This document shows positions 8,027 through 16,091 of a DNA stretch of 23,580 bases, in pieces. Below the pieces are notes generated by a model that was not told the DNA's origin, did not search any database, and worked only from the letters and a program-made list of their open reading frames with translations. The DNA comes from Candidatus Methylomirabilia bacterium. Its GTDB lineage: Bacteria; Methylomirabilota; Methylomirabilia; Rokubacteriales; CSP1-6. The first letter of the stretch is position 1; each line of letters starts with the position of its first letter. The DNA is taken from positions 1-23,580 of the forward strand of contig JBHIBG010000038.1 in NCBI GenBank assembly GCA_046758965.1. The letters are read 5' to 3'. The position numbers and the translations under genes are program-made.

Positions 8027-8875
8027 ATGAAACTCGGCGTCTCGATGTTCAACACCGACTACGCGATCCGAATCGACGAGCTGGCGCGCGCGGTAGAGGA
8101 GCGGGGATTCGAGTCGCTGTGGATCCCGGAGCACACCCATATTCCTAAGAGCCGGAGAAGCCCCTGGCCCGGTGGACCCAACCTCCCCAAGGAGTATTGG
8201 CACACCTGCGATCCGTTCGTCGCGCTAGGCGTGGCCGCGGCGGCGACAAGCCGGCTCAAGATCGCGACCGGGATCTGCCTGGTCATCCAGCGCGACCCGA
8301 TCACGCTGGCCAAGGAGGTTGCGAGCCTCGACTTCCTCTCCAATGGGCGGTTCATCTTCGGGATCGGCGGCGGCTGGAACGCCGAGGAGATGGAGAACCA
8401 CGGCACCGACTTCAGGAAACGCTGGCAAGTCCTGCGCGAGCGTGTCCTGGCCATGAAGGAGATCTGGGCGAAGGACGAGCCGGAGTTCCACGGCCAATTC
8501 GTCAACTTCGACCCGATCTGGTCGTACCCCAAGCCGGTGCAGAAGCCGCACCCACCGATCCTCCTGGGAGTCAACGTCCCGAAGGCGCGCCAGATGGTTG
8601 CAGAGTACTGCGACGGCTGGCTGCCCCTTGTCGCGCGGGCCGGAGATCTGCCGGCCGGGATTGCTGATCTTCGGAGGCGAGCGGAACAGGCCGGTCGCGA
8701 TCCCAACTCCGTCACGGTGTCCATCTACGGGGCTAAGCCCGAGGAGGGGGCAGTGCGTGAGTACGAAAAGGCTGGCGTGGAGCGGGCTGTCTTTGCACTC
8801 CCGTCCGCCGACAGCGACACGGTGCTGCCGCTGCTTGACCGATACGCCAAGCTGATCAAGCTCTTCAAGTCGTAG
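8027..8875 (+). CDS. Luciferase-like monooxygenase (LLM) class oxidoreductase, probably F420-dependent (Rv2161c-like)
   Basis: AGGAGG SD; GFESLWIPEHTHIP, DPFVAL..AAATSRLKIATGI, RDPITLAKEVASLD..SNGR..GIG.GW, PKPVQKPHPPI motifs. Cofactor is inferred from subfamily resemblance. Confidence 0.88.
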   Translation: MKLGVSMFNTDYAIRIDELARAVEERGFESLWIPEHTHIPKSRRSPWPGGPNLPKEYWHTCDPFVALGVAAAATSRLKIATGICLVIQRDPITLAKEVASLDFLSNGRFIFGIGGGWNAEEMENHGTDFRKRWQVLRERVLAMKEIWAKDEPEFHGQFVNFDPIWSYPKPVQKPHPPILLGVNVPKARQMVAEYCDGWLPLVARAGDLPAGIADLRRRAEQAGRDPNSVTVSIYGAKPEEGAVREYEKAGVERAVFALPSADSDTVLPLLDRYAKLIKLFKS

Positions 8876-9017
8876 CCCCCAGGGACGACACTGGCGACGG
8901 AGCGTTTTCTCGCCGGCGCATTGTTCGGCATTGTCCGAGCTGGACCGAGCCGGAACGGGGCGTCGCGGGCGCGAACTGTGCGCTGGCGCCCGGGTGGCCA
9001 GGTGTACAATGCCCGTG

Positions 9018-10022
9018 ATGGGCTTGTCCAAGCTTCCGCCCCGTCAGGCCCTGGCGGCCACGCCGACCCCCATCGTGAGGCTCGAACGCCTGTCCGCCCG
9101 CCTCGGCGTCGAGCTCTACGTCAAACGGGACGACCTGACCGGGCTTCTCGAAAGCGGGAACAAGGTTCGGAAGCTGGAGTACCTCGTCGGGGAGGCTCTC
9201 CAGCATCAGGCCGACACCCTGATCACCTGCGGCACGCTGCAGTCCAACTGCTGCCGGGCGGTCTCGGCGGTGGCAGCCCGACTGGGGCTCAGGGCCATCC
9301 TCGTGGTGAAGGGTTCGAAGCCGCCGGCTTACGATGGCAACCTCCTCCTGGACAAGCTCCTGGGGGCCGAGGTCGTGTACTGCTCGGACGCGGAGTTCGA
9401 GCAGATCGATCGCGTCTTCTCCCGCCTCGCCGGCGAAGCGGAGGCTCGGGGCCGAAAGCCGTACGTGATCCCCGAGAGCGGCGCTACGGAGGTGGGGGCG
9501 CTGGGCTACCTGGCGTGCGCCTACGAGGTGGTAGAGCAGATCCGCCGAGGCGCCCCGTCGTTCGACACCGTCGTGATCACTGCCTTCAGCGGGGGGAGCC
9601 AGGCAGGTCTCCTCATGGGGAAGCAGCTCACCGGCCTGGCAGCTGAAATCGTAGGTATCCCGGTAGCATATTCCGCTTCCAGAGTCCGAGACCACATCAC
9701 CACCACCGTCGAGAAAGCCGCGGCCCGCTTTGAGCTGGCGGTGGAACCGCCGAAGAGCATCCACCTCCTGGACGGGTATCAGGGGAGGGGGCGTGGCGAG
9801 ATCAGACAGCAGGAACTGGCCACCATTGTCAGCATCGCGCGGGAGGAGGGGATCCTTCTGGATCCGGTGTACACCGCCAAGGCGTTTTTCGGCCTTTTGG
9901 ATTGCCTTCACCGCGACCCCAACCAGTTCGGGAGTCGCGTCTGCTTCATTCACACGGGGGGTGTCTTCAGCCTGTTCCCGTTCCGGGATTCCCTCTCGCA
10001 GTTGCTCGACAGCGAGCCCTGA
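9018..10022 (+). CDS. PLP-dependent D-cysteine desulfhydrase family protein (DcyD/CuyA-like, not ACC deaminase)
   Basis: TPI..L.RLS, KRDDLTG...GNKVRKLEYL, QSN, LDPVYTAK and HTGG; Thr/Thr at the two positions where ACC deaminases have Glu/Leu. Start could be 9009, 9015 or 9018. Confidence 0.88.
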   Translation: MGLSKLPPRQALAATPTPIVRLERLSARLGVELYVKRDDLTGLLESGNKVRKLEYLVGEALQHQADTLITCGTLQSNCCRAVSAVAARLGLRAILVVKGSKPPAYDGNLLLDKLLGAEVVYCSDAEFEQIDRVFSRLAGEAEARGRKPYVIPESGATEVGALGYLACAYEVVEQIRRGAPSFDTVVITAFSGGSQAGLLMGKQLTGLAAEIVGIPVAYSASRVRDHITTTVEKAAARFELAVEPPKSIHLLDGYQGRGRGEIRQQELATIVSIAREEGILLDPVYTAKAFFGLLDCLHRDPNQFGSRVCFIHTGGVFSLFPFRDSLSQLLDSEP

Positions 10023-10028
10023 TCGGCG

Positions 10029-10895
10029 ATGCCTGAGCTCACGTTGAGGGGAGGGGAGTTGGACGGCCTCCGGCTCCACTACGTGGTGGAGGGGAGCGGA
10101 CCGCCAGTTATCCTGGTTCACGGGCTCGGAGGCTTTGCGGAGAGCTGGCGGCACAACCTGCCAGGACTTGGACGGCAGGCCGCGGTGTATGCCCTGGACC
10201 TGCCCGGCTTCGGCCGATCGAGCCAACCGCTCCGGCAGTACTCTCTGGAACTCTTCGTGGCGGCGCTCGAAGGGTTCAGGGCAACCCTCGAGCTGGGACG
10301 TCCCACACTTGTCGGCCACTCGCTCGGCGGCGCGGTGGTGGCGGTCTACGCCCTGGCTCATCCGGCGAAGGTGGATCGCTTGGTCCTGATCGGTGCCGTG
10401 GTCCCAGGGTTCGACTACAGTCCGTCCTGGGTCTACCGGCTGCTGTCCGCCCCGGCAGTGGGAGAGTTCCTCGCGTGGGTACTCTGGCCGGGGTTGCTCC
10501 GCGCGGCGCTTGCGCGCTGCTTTGCCGCGCCCGTGCCCGCGGAGGTGGACTTTCTGGTCCGGGGGAGCCATGCAACCCGGAGTTGCCCGGCGGGACGATC
10601 GGCCTTCCTCTCGGCGCTCCGGACCGTCCGTGACGACTTTCTCAGGGGCCGGGCGCACTATCGGGAGCGACTCTCGGCCCTTGGCCTGCCGGTGCTCTCC
10701 ATCCACGGACGGCAGGACCCCGTGGTTCCTCACGCCCATGCTGAGACTGTCGCCCGAGCCATTCCGATGGCGAGGCTCCGGATGCTCGACCGGTGCGGCC
10801 ACTTCCCCCAGATCGAACATGCGGCCACGGTCAACGAGTGGCTGGGAGAATTCATCGGAGAGACCCGATGGAGCAGATCACCCCGCGGGAGCTGA
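10029..10895 (+). CDS. Alpha/beta-fold hydrolase
   Basis: LVHGLGG, DLPGFGRS, nucleophile GHSLGG, acid GRQD and CGHFPQIE His motif. Confidence 0.93.
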   Translation: MPELTLRGGELDGLRLHYVVEGSGPPVILVHGLGGFAESWRHNLPGLGRQAAVYALDLPGFGRSSQPLRQYSLELFVAALEGFRATLELGRPTLVGHSLGGAVVAVYALAHPAKVDRLVLIGAVVPGFDYSPSWVYRLLSAPAVGEFLAWVLWPGLLRAALARCFAAPVPAEVDFLVRGSHATRSCPAGRSAFLSALRTVRDDFLRGRAHYRERLSALGLPVLSIHGRQDPVVPHAHAETVARAIPMARLRMLDRCGHFPQIEHAATVNEWLGEFIGETRWSRSPRGS

Positions 10896-11113
10896 AGGCA
10901 CGGCTGGACTGGGAGGTCGAGTTCCGCACCGAGGAGCTGAACCCCGAGGAGGAGAGCGTCGTGTTCTGCCACCAGGGAATCAGGAGTGCCGCGGTGGCCG
11001 AATCTCTCCGCCAGCTCAGCTGTAAGAAGGCGGTGAACCTCACGGGAGGCCTGGATGCCTGGGCCCGCGCTGCGGACTCCACAATGCCGCGGTATCAGGG
11101 CCGTGCGGTCTAA
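10868..11113 (+). pseudogene. Rhodanese-like domain protein with apparent internal deletion (possible pseudogene)
   Basis: Has MEQITPRELKARLD, VVFCHQGIRS and NLTGGLDAW...PRY, but lacks the usual DVRExxE...HIxGA..IP segment; only 81 aa. Confidence 0.6.
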
Positions 11114-11140
11114 CGAACACCCAGGTGTCCAGAGATACTG

Positions 11141-11911
11141 ATGGGGCCGGCAGTCCTGGTCGAAACTCGGGAGGCAACTGCTTGGGTCAGGCTGAACCGC
11201 CCCCCGCTGAACCTCCTCGGCCCCGAACTGATCGAGAGCCTCCGCGACGCTTTCCAGGGACTCGGCCGGAACCCCGCGGTCAGGCTGGCGATCATCGCTG
11301 GGTCAGGACGGGCGTTCTCCGCCGGGGCAGATATCAAGGTGCTGAAGGGTTTGGACGTCGTGTCCGCCAAGAGCTTCATCGCCGCCCTTCACGAATCGAT
11401 CCGTGCGGTCCACGAGGCTCCCTTTCCGGTGATCGCCATGCTCCACGGTGTTTGCCTGGGGGGTGCCTTCGAGCTGGCCATGGCCTGCGATCTCAGGACC
11501 GCCTCCACGGAATGCCGGATGGGGCTGCCGGAGATCAAGGTCGGCGTGCCCTCGGTGATCGAGGCTGCGCTCATGCCCGGGCTGATCGGTCCCGGGCGCG
11601 CTGCCGAGTTCCTTCTCACCGGCGAGATGATCACCGCCGAGCTGGCGCTCCAGTGGGGGCTCCTGAACCGTGTGGCTCCACCCGGAGCGCTGGAGGGTGC
11701 CACCGAGGAACTCGCGGGGAAGATCCTGGCCTGCGCGCCGACGGCTGTCAGGATTCAGAAGGAGCTCCTCAACCGGTGGCGCCAGACCGATCTTGCCACC
11801 GCTATCCGATACGGGATCAACGCCTTTGCCGCCAGCTACGCCACCGGGGAGCCCCGGGAGGCCATGACTGCGTTTCTCGAGAAGCGGCCGCCGAAATTCC
11901 CCGACTCGTGA
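11141..11911 (+). CDS. Enoyl-CoA hydratase/isomerase (crotonase) family
   Basis: LNRPP.N, AFSAGADI, GGAFELAMACDLR, PEIKVG (both catalytic Glu positions present), AFLEKRPPKF C-terminus. Confidence 0.93.
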   Translation: MGPAVLVETREATAWVRLNRPPLNLLGPELIESLRDAFQGLGRNPAVRLAIIAGSGRAFSAGADIKVLKGLDVVSAKSFIAALHESIRAVHEAPFPVIAMLHGVCLGGAFELAMACDLRTASTECRMGLPEIKVGVPSVIEAALMPGLIGPGRAAEFLLTGEMITAELALQWGLLNRVAPPGALEGATEELAGKILACAPTAVRIQKELLNRWRQTDLATAIRYGINAFAASYATGEPREAMTAFLEKRPPKFPDS

Positions 11912-11916
11912 TAGCG

Positions 11917-12033
11917 GGGCCCACCGGGTCCGTCGCGGCACTCCCCACGCTTCGCGCGGGGGCCCGCCCCGCCGTGCTCGCACCCTGGCTGCGCGCGGGG
12001 GGCGCCCCCATCGCCGCGCCACCCGGTGGTCCC
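11917..12033. repeat. Intergenic inverted-repeat element with internal hairpins
   Basis: GGGCCCACCGGGT (11917-11929) versus ACCCGGTGGTCCC (12021-12033), 12 of 13 complementary; inner CGCGGC/GCCGCG pair; internal imperfect direct repeat GCT(T/G)CGCGCGGGGG. Confidence 0.5.
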
Positions 12034-12068
12034 TGTGAGCAAAGGCTGGACTGGGTTGGAGGCACCCT

Positions 12069-12803
12069 GTGATTGAGGCCGTCACGTTCGACTTCTGGCG
12101 GACCCTCATGGCCGACACTCCTGAACGCCTCGCCCGCGCCACGGCCCTTCGGCTTGACGGCGTGAGGGCGGTGCTGGCCTCGAGCGGCCAGCGTGTGGAG
12201 CGCACCACCCTCGAGGCCGCCTACGAGGCTTCGGGGCACCGGCTCGGCTCGGTCTGGCAGGAGCACCGCGACCTGCCGTGCCGGGAGCAGGTGGGGATCT
12301 TCCTCGAAACGGTTGGCCCGGGGCTCGCGGATCGGCTGGCCTCCGACGCCTTCGAGAAAGTCGTTCAGGCCTACATCACCCCGGTCCTCAGCTACCCGCC
12401 CGCTCCGCTCCCGGGGGCGCTTCAGGCCGTGAATACCCTCGGGGATCAGGGCCTGGTGCTCTGCGTGATCTCCAACACTGGCCGGACCCCGGGAGTGGTC
12501 CTCCGCCAGGTGCTGGCTCGCTTCGGCCTCCTCGATCGCTTCCGGGTGACCAGCTTTTCGGATGAGGTGGGCTTCAGGAAGCCCCGCCCGGAGATCTTCC
12601 AAGTCACCCTCGCCGGAGCTGGCGTAGATCCCGCTCGCGCGGTCCATGTGGGCGACAGTCCCGAGGCGGACATCGCGGGAGCTCGCGCCGCCGAGATGCG
12701 CGCGATCCACTTCGCTCCAGACGGTTGCCCGGGATCGGAGATCGCTGACCTCGTGGTTCGCGACCTCGCCGCCCTCCCGCAGGCCCTGGCCTCGCTGCCC
12801 TGA
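12069..12803 (+). CDS. HAD-superfamily hydrolase
   Basis: GGAGG SD with GTG start; motif I FDFWRTL, motif II ISN, motif III KP.PEIF, motif IV HVGDS..ADIAGA. Confidence 0.9.
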   Translation: MIEAVTFDFWRTLMADTPERLARATALRLDGVRAVLASSGQRVERTTLEAAYEASGHRLGSVWQEHRDLPCREQVGIFLETVGPGLADRLASDAFEKVVQAYITPVLSYPPAPLPGALQAVNTLGDQGLVLCVISNTGRTPGVVLRQVLARFGLLDRFRVTSFSDEVGFRKPRPEIFQVTLAGAGVDPARAVHVGDSPEADIAGARAAEMRAIHFAPDGCPGSEIADLVVRDLAALPQALASLP

Positions 12804-12855
12804 AGGGGCGCTTTTCGGTTGCGCGGCGAAGGCGCCGGGCGGTATCATTCCCGCC

Positions 12856-13380
12856 GTGGAGCTGGCGGAGCTCAAGGCGAAGATCCGGGAAATCAAGGAC
12901 TTCCCCACTGAAGGGGTCCTGTTCAAGGACATCACGACCCTGCTCAAGGATCCACCAGCCTTCAAGTATGTGGTCAACCAGCTCGCTCTTCAGTACATTC
13001 AGTCGCGCGTCGAAGTCGTGGTGGCGATCGAGTCTCGCGGCTTTATCTTCGGTGGGGCGCTGGCCTATGAGCTCGGCGCCGGCTTTGTTCCGGTCAGGAA
13101 GCTCGGCAAGCTCCCAGGTAAGACGATCGAAGTGGAATACGAACTCGAGTACGGGCGGGACACCCTGGCCGTGCACGAAGACGCGATCCAGCCGGGGCAG
13201 CGGGTCCTTGCCGCGGACGACCTGCTGGCGACGGGCGGTACCATGGCCGCCACCCTCCGCCTGATCGAGCAGCTCGGAGGGCAGGTCGTTGGCGTGACCT
13301 TCCTGATCGAGCTGGCCTTCCTCCACGGGCGGGACCGGCTCGAGAAGTATCCGGTCCGCTCCCTGATCGTCTACGAGTGA
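12856..13380 (+). CDS. apt: Adenine phosphoribosyltransferase
   Basis: [35 protein letters not shown] and [13 protein letters not shown] motif; family similarity begins at GTG 12856. Confidence 0.96.
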   Translation: MELAELKAKIREIKDFPTEGVLFKDITTLLKDPPAFKYVVNQLALQYIQSRVEVVVAIESRGFIFGGALAYELGAGFVPVRKLGKLPGKTIEVEYELEYGRDTLAVHEDAIQPGQRVLAADDLLATGGTMAATLRLIEQLGGQVVGVTFLIELAFLHGRDRLEKYPVRSLIVYE

Positions 13381-13392
13381 GGAGCGACGCGC

Positions 13393-14595
13393 ATGAACCC
13401 GCGATCCACCGACCAAGACATCGTGATCCTCCGCGGGGCCCGGACGCCGTTCGGGACCTTCGGGGGAAGCCTCAAGGACGTGCCCGCCGTTGAGCTGGGC
13501 GTGATCGCCGCGAGAGGGGCGCTGGAGCGCTCTTCTGTCCGTCCGGAGCAGGTGGACCAGGTCGTGTTCGGCAACGTCTTCCAAACCTCCGGCGCGGACA
13601 TCTACTTGGCCCGTCACGTCGGCCTTCGAGCCGGCTCTCCTCTCCATGCGCCGGCGCTCAGCGTCAACCGCCTGTGCGGGTCGGGGCTCCAGGCGATCGT
13701 CTCCGCGGCCCAGCTCATCAGGTTGGGAGAGGCTGAGGTGGTGCTTGCGGGAGGCACGGAGAGCATGTCTCAGCAGCCCCACATCATTCGGGGCGCTCGT
13801 TGGGGGCTCCGCTTCCGTCAGGGTGCGTTGGAGGATAACCTCTGGCTGGGTCTGGTTGACGGTTACAACAACCTCCCCATGGCCGGGACCGCCGAGAACC
13901 TGGCGAGGAAGCACGGCATCAGTCGGAAGGAGCAGGATGACTTCGCTTACCGAAGCCACATGGCGGCGGCCGCAGCGCGGCAGACCGGGCTGTTTGCCGA
14001 GGAGATTGTCCCGGTGGCGACCAACGTCCGGGGCAGGACGGTCCTGGTGGAGCAGGACGAGCACATCAAGCCGGATACCACCGTCGAGAAGCTCAACGGG
14101 CTGCCACCGGCCTTTTCCGCAGACGGCACGGTTACTGCCGGCAATGCCAGCGGGATCAACGACGGCGCCGCCGCCGTCGTGGTGGCCACTGCCCGGAAGG
14201 CGAAGGAACTGGGGATCGCGCCGTTGGGACGGATCGTCGCCTGGGGGGTCGCAGGGGTGGACCCGGACATCATGGGCATCGGTCCGGTGCCGGCTTCACG
14301 TCGCGCGCTTGAGCGTGCCGGGCTCAGCCTGGACCAAATGGAGTTGGTTGAGATCAACGAAGCCTTTGCTGCCCAATACCTGGCCGTAGAGCGGGAACTC
14401 GGGCTGGACCGGGAGAAGGTCAATGTCAACGGGGGAGCCATTGCGCTCGGTCATCCGGTGGGCGCCTCGGGAGCGCGGCTGGCCCTGACGCTTCTCCATG
14501 AGCTCAGGCGCCGGAAGGGGCGTTACGGGCTGGCCTCGCTCTGCATCGGGGGAGGGCAGGGCATCGCCTCCGTCTTCGAGACGATCCATGGGTAG
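13393..14595 (+). CDS. Acetyl-CoA C-acyltransferase (thiolase), canonical active site
   Basis: GAGGAG SD; NRLCGSG, NEAF, GHP and CIGGG motifs all intact. Confidence 0.96.
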   Translation: MNPRSTDQDIVILRGARTPFGTFGGSLKDVPAVELGVIAARGALERSSVRPEQVDQVVFGNVFQTSGADIYLARHVGLRAGSPLHAPALSVNRLCGSGLQAIVSAAQLIRLGEAEVVLAGGTESMSQQPHIIRGARWGLRFRQGALEDNLWLGLVDGYNNLPMAGTAENLARKHGISRKEQDDFAYRSHMAAAAARQTGLFAEEIVPVATNVRGRTVLVEQDEHIKPDTTVEKLNGLPPAFSADGTVTAGNASGINDGAAAVVVATARKAKELGIAPLGRIVAWGVAGVDPDIMGIGPVPASRRALERAGLSLDQMELVEINEAFAAQYLAVERELGLDREKVNVNGGAIALGHPVGASGARLALTLLHELRRRKGRYGLASLCIGGGQGIASVFETIHG

Positions 14596-14890
14596 ACTCG
14601 CTCTTGTCCTCGCGCTGGCGCTTGTCACCGTCGCGCCCACGGTCCAGGCCGAGGAGGGGAGGCTCACGGTCCCGCTCGTCCTGACCCTGCTCGACGTGAC
14701 TGCGTACCCTCCGGAGGCGGCCTTGCGGGAGAGCCTCCTCGGGAGTGAGTCGCCTGCGCGCTCCGCACCGGAGTGGCAATTCCTTCCCGATGGCAGCGCC
14801 CGTTACGGCACCGCGATGTTCGGGGTGGTGGTGAGGAGCCGGTGCCTGTACGGGGCACCGCGTTCTCGCCAGGGCCGCGGCCCCCGTTAG
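14588..14890 (+). CDS. Hypothetical exported protein (100 aa)
   Basis: ATG overlaps the thiolase 3' end; signal-peptide-like MGRLALVLALALVTVAPTVQA-EE; fills the gap before the next gene; no recognised family. Confidence 0.55.
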   Translation: MGRLALVLALALVTVAPTVQAEEGRLTVPLVLTLLDVTAYPPEAALRESLLGSESPARSAPEWQFLPDGSARYGTAMFGVVVRSRCLYGAPRSRQGRGPR

Positions 14891-15034
14891 GAGTCGAACC
14901 GGTCGCTCCGGTCCCGTCGATCCGGCGAAGGCGTACTGGGTCTCATGACGTGCGGTGGCTCCTGATCCCCTCGCCTCCTCCCTGACGGAACGGGTGGGGC
15001 AAGGCTCACCGAGGCCAGAGCGAGGGAGTTTGAA

Positions 15035-15889
15035 ATGACGATCAAGACGGTCGGCGTGATTGGCTGCGGCCTGATGGGGTCGGGGATCACTCAGGTGTCG
15101 GCCCAGGCAGGCTTCCCCACTGTGGTCGTGGAGGCCAATCAAGAACTCTTGGACAAGGGGCTACGCGGGCTCCGCCAGACGCTGGAGGGGCTTGTGGCCA
15201 AAGGCAAGCTTGAGGCGAAGGAGAAGGACGCCCTCATGGGCCGGGTCACCGGCAGCGTGCGCCTTGAGGATCTGAAGGGCTGCGACCTCATCGTCGAGGC
15301 CATCACCGAGAACCAGCAGATCAAGAACGAGACCTTCGCTAAGCTGGATCTCATCTGTCCCCCTCACGCCATCCTGGCGTCCAACACCTCCTCCTGTAAC
15401 ATCACGGTCATGGCCGCCGCCACCAAGCGGCCCGGTCAAGTGCTGGGTCTCCACTTCTTCAACCCGGCCCCGTTGATGAAGCCGGTGGAAGTGGTGCGCA
15501 CCATCCTCACGAACGAAGAGACCGTGAAGGCGGCCCTGGCGTGGGTTCAGGCCATCGGGAAGGTGCCTGTCGCCACCAAGGACACGACGGGGTTCATCGT
15601 GAACCGGCTCCTGGTCCCCTATCTCCTGGAGGCTGTCCGGATCTATGAGTCGGGGCTGGCTACGCTCGCGGACATCGACCAGGCCATGAAGCTCGGGTGC
15701 GGCTACCCCATGGGGCCGTTCACCCTCTTGGACCTGATAGGGCTGGACACCGCCCTCTACGTGGCCGAGGTGATGTTCGAGGAGTTCCGGGAGCCCCGCT
15801 TCGCCCCGCCGCCCCTCCTCAAGCGAATGGTGGCGGCCGGGCAGCTGGGAAGGAAGAGTGGCCGGGGCTTTTTCGACTACGCGCGGTAG
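15035..15889 (+). CDS. hbd: 3-hydroxybutyryl-CoA / 3-hydroxyacyl-CoA dehydrogenase, canonical
   Basis: GCGLMGSGI, EAITE, SNTSS, GLHFFNP..MK.VE, GFIVNRLL, GYPMGPF, GRKSGRGF. Confidence 0.92.
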   Translation: MTIKTVGVIGCGLMGSGITQVSAQAGFPTVVVEANQELLDKGLRGLRQTLEGLVAKGKLEAKEKDALMGRVTGSVRLEDLKGCDLIVEAITENQQIKNETFAKLDLICPPHAILASNTSSCNITVMAAATKRPGQVLGLHFFNPAPLMKPVEVVRTILTNEETVKAALAWVQAIGKVPVATKDTTGFIVNRLLVPYLLEAVRIYESGLATLADIDQAMKLGCGYPMGPFTLLDLIGLDTALYVAEVMFEEFREPRFAPPPLLKRMVAAGQLGRKSGRGFFDYAR

Positions 15890-16091
15890 GTCGTCGAGGA
15901 CGGTCCGAGGGGTCGCCATTGCCCCCGCATACTGCACTCGATTAACTGACACGTTCAAACCCTGGACTGCGGGAGAAGCGAAGGTCGCTTCGGGGGAATG
16001 CAAGGGAGCGACAGTGAAATCGGAGACGGCAGGAAGCGATTATTGAGGGTGGAGAATACTCCTGCTGCGCAGGCCTGAAAGGAGCACGGTG

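Noticed and set aside
9018..10022. ACC deaminase (acdS)
   Set aside because: It has PVYT and HTGG rather than the PVYE and HLGG signature of true ACC deaminases.
15890..16091. Cobalamin riboswitch upstream of the B12 mutase
   Set aside because: Fragments resemble riboswitch motifs (TGCCCCCGCATACTG, GAAGG, AATCGGAGAC), but the 5' AGGGAA...GGTG.AA.TCC core is missing from the required position. An Infernal scan with Rfam cobalamin models would settle it.
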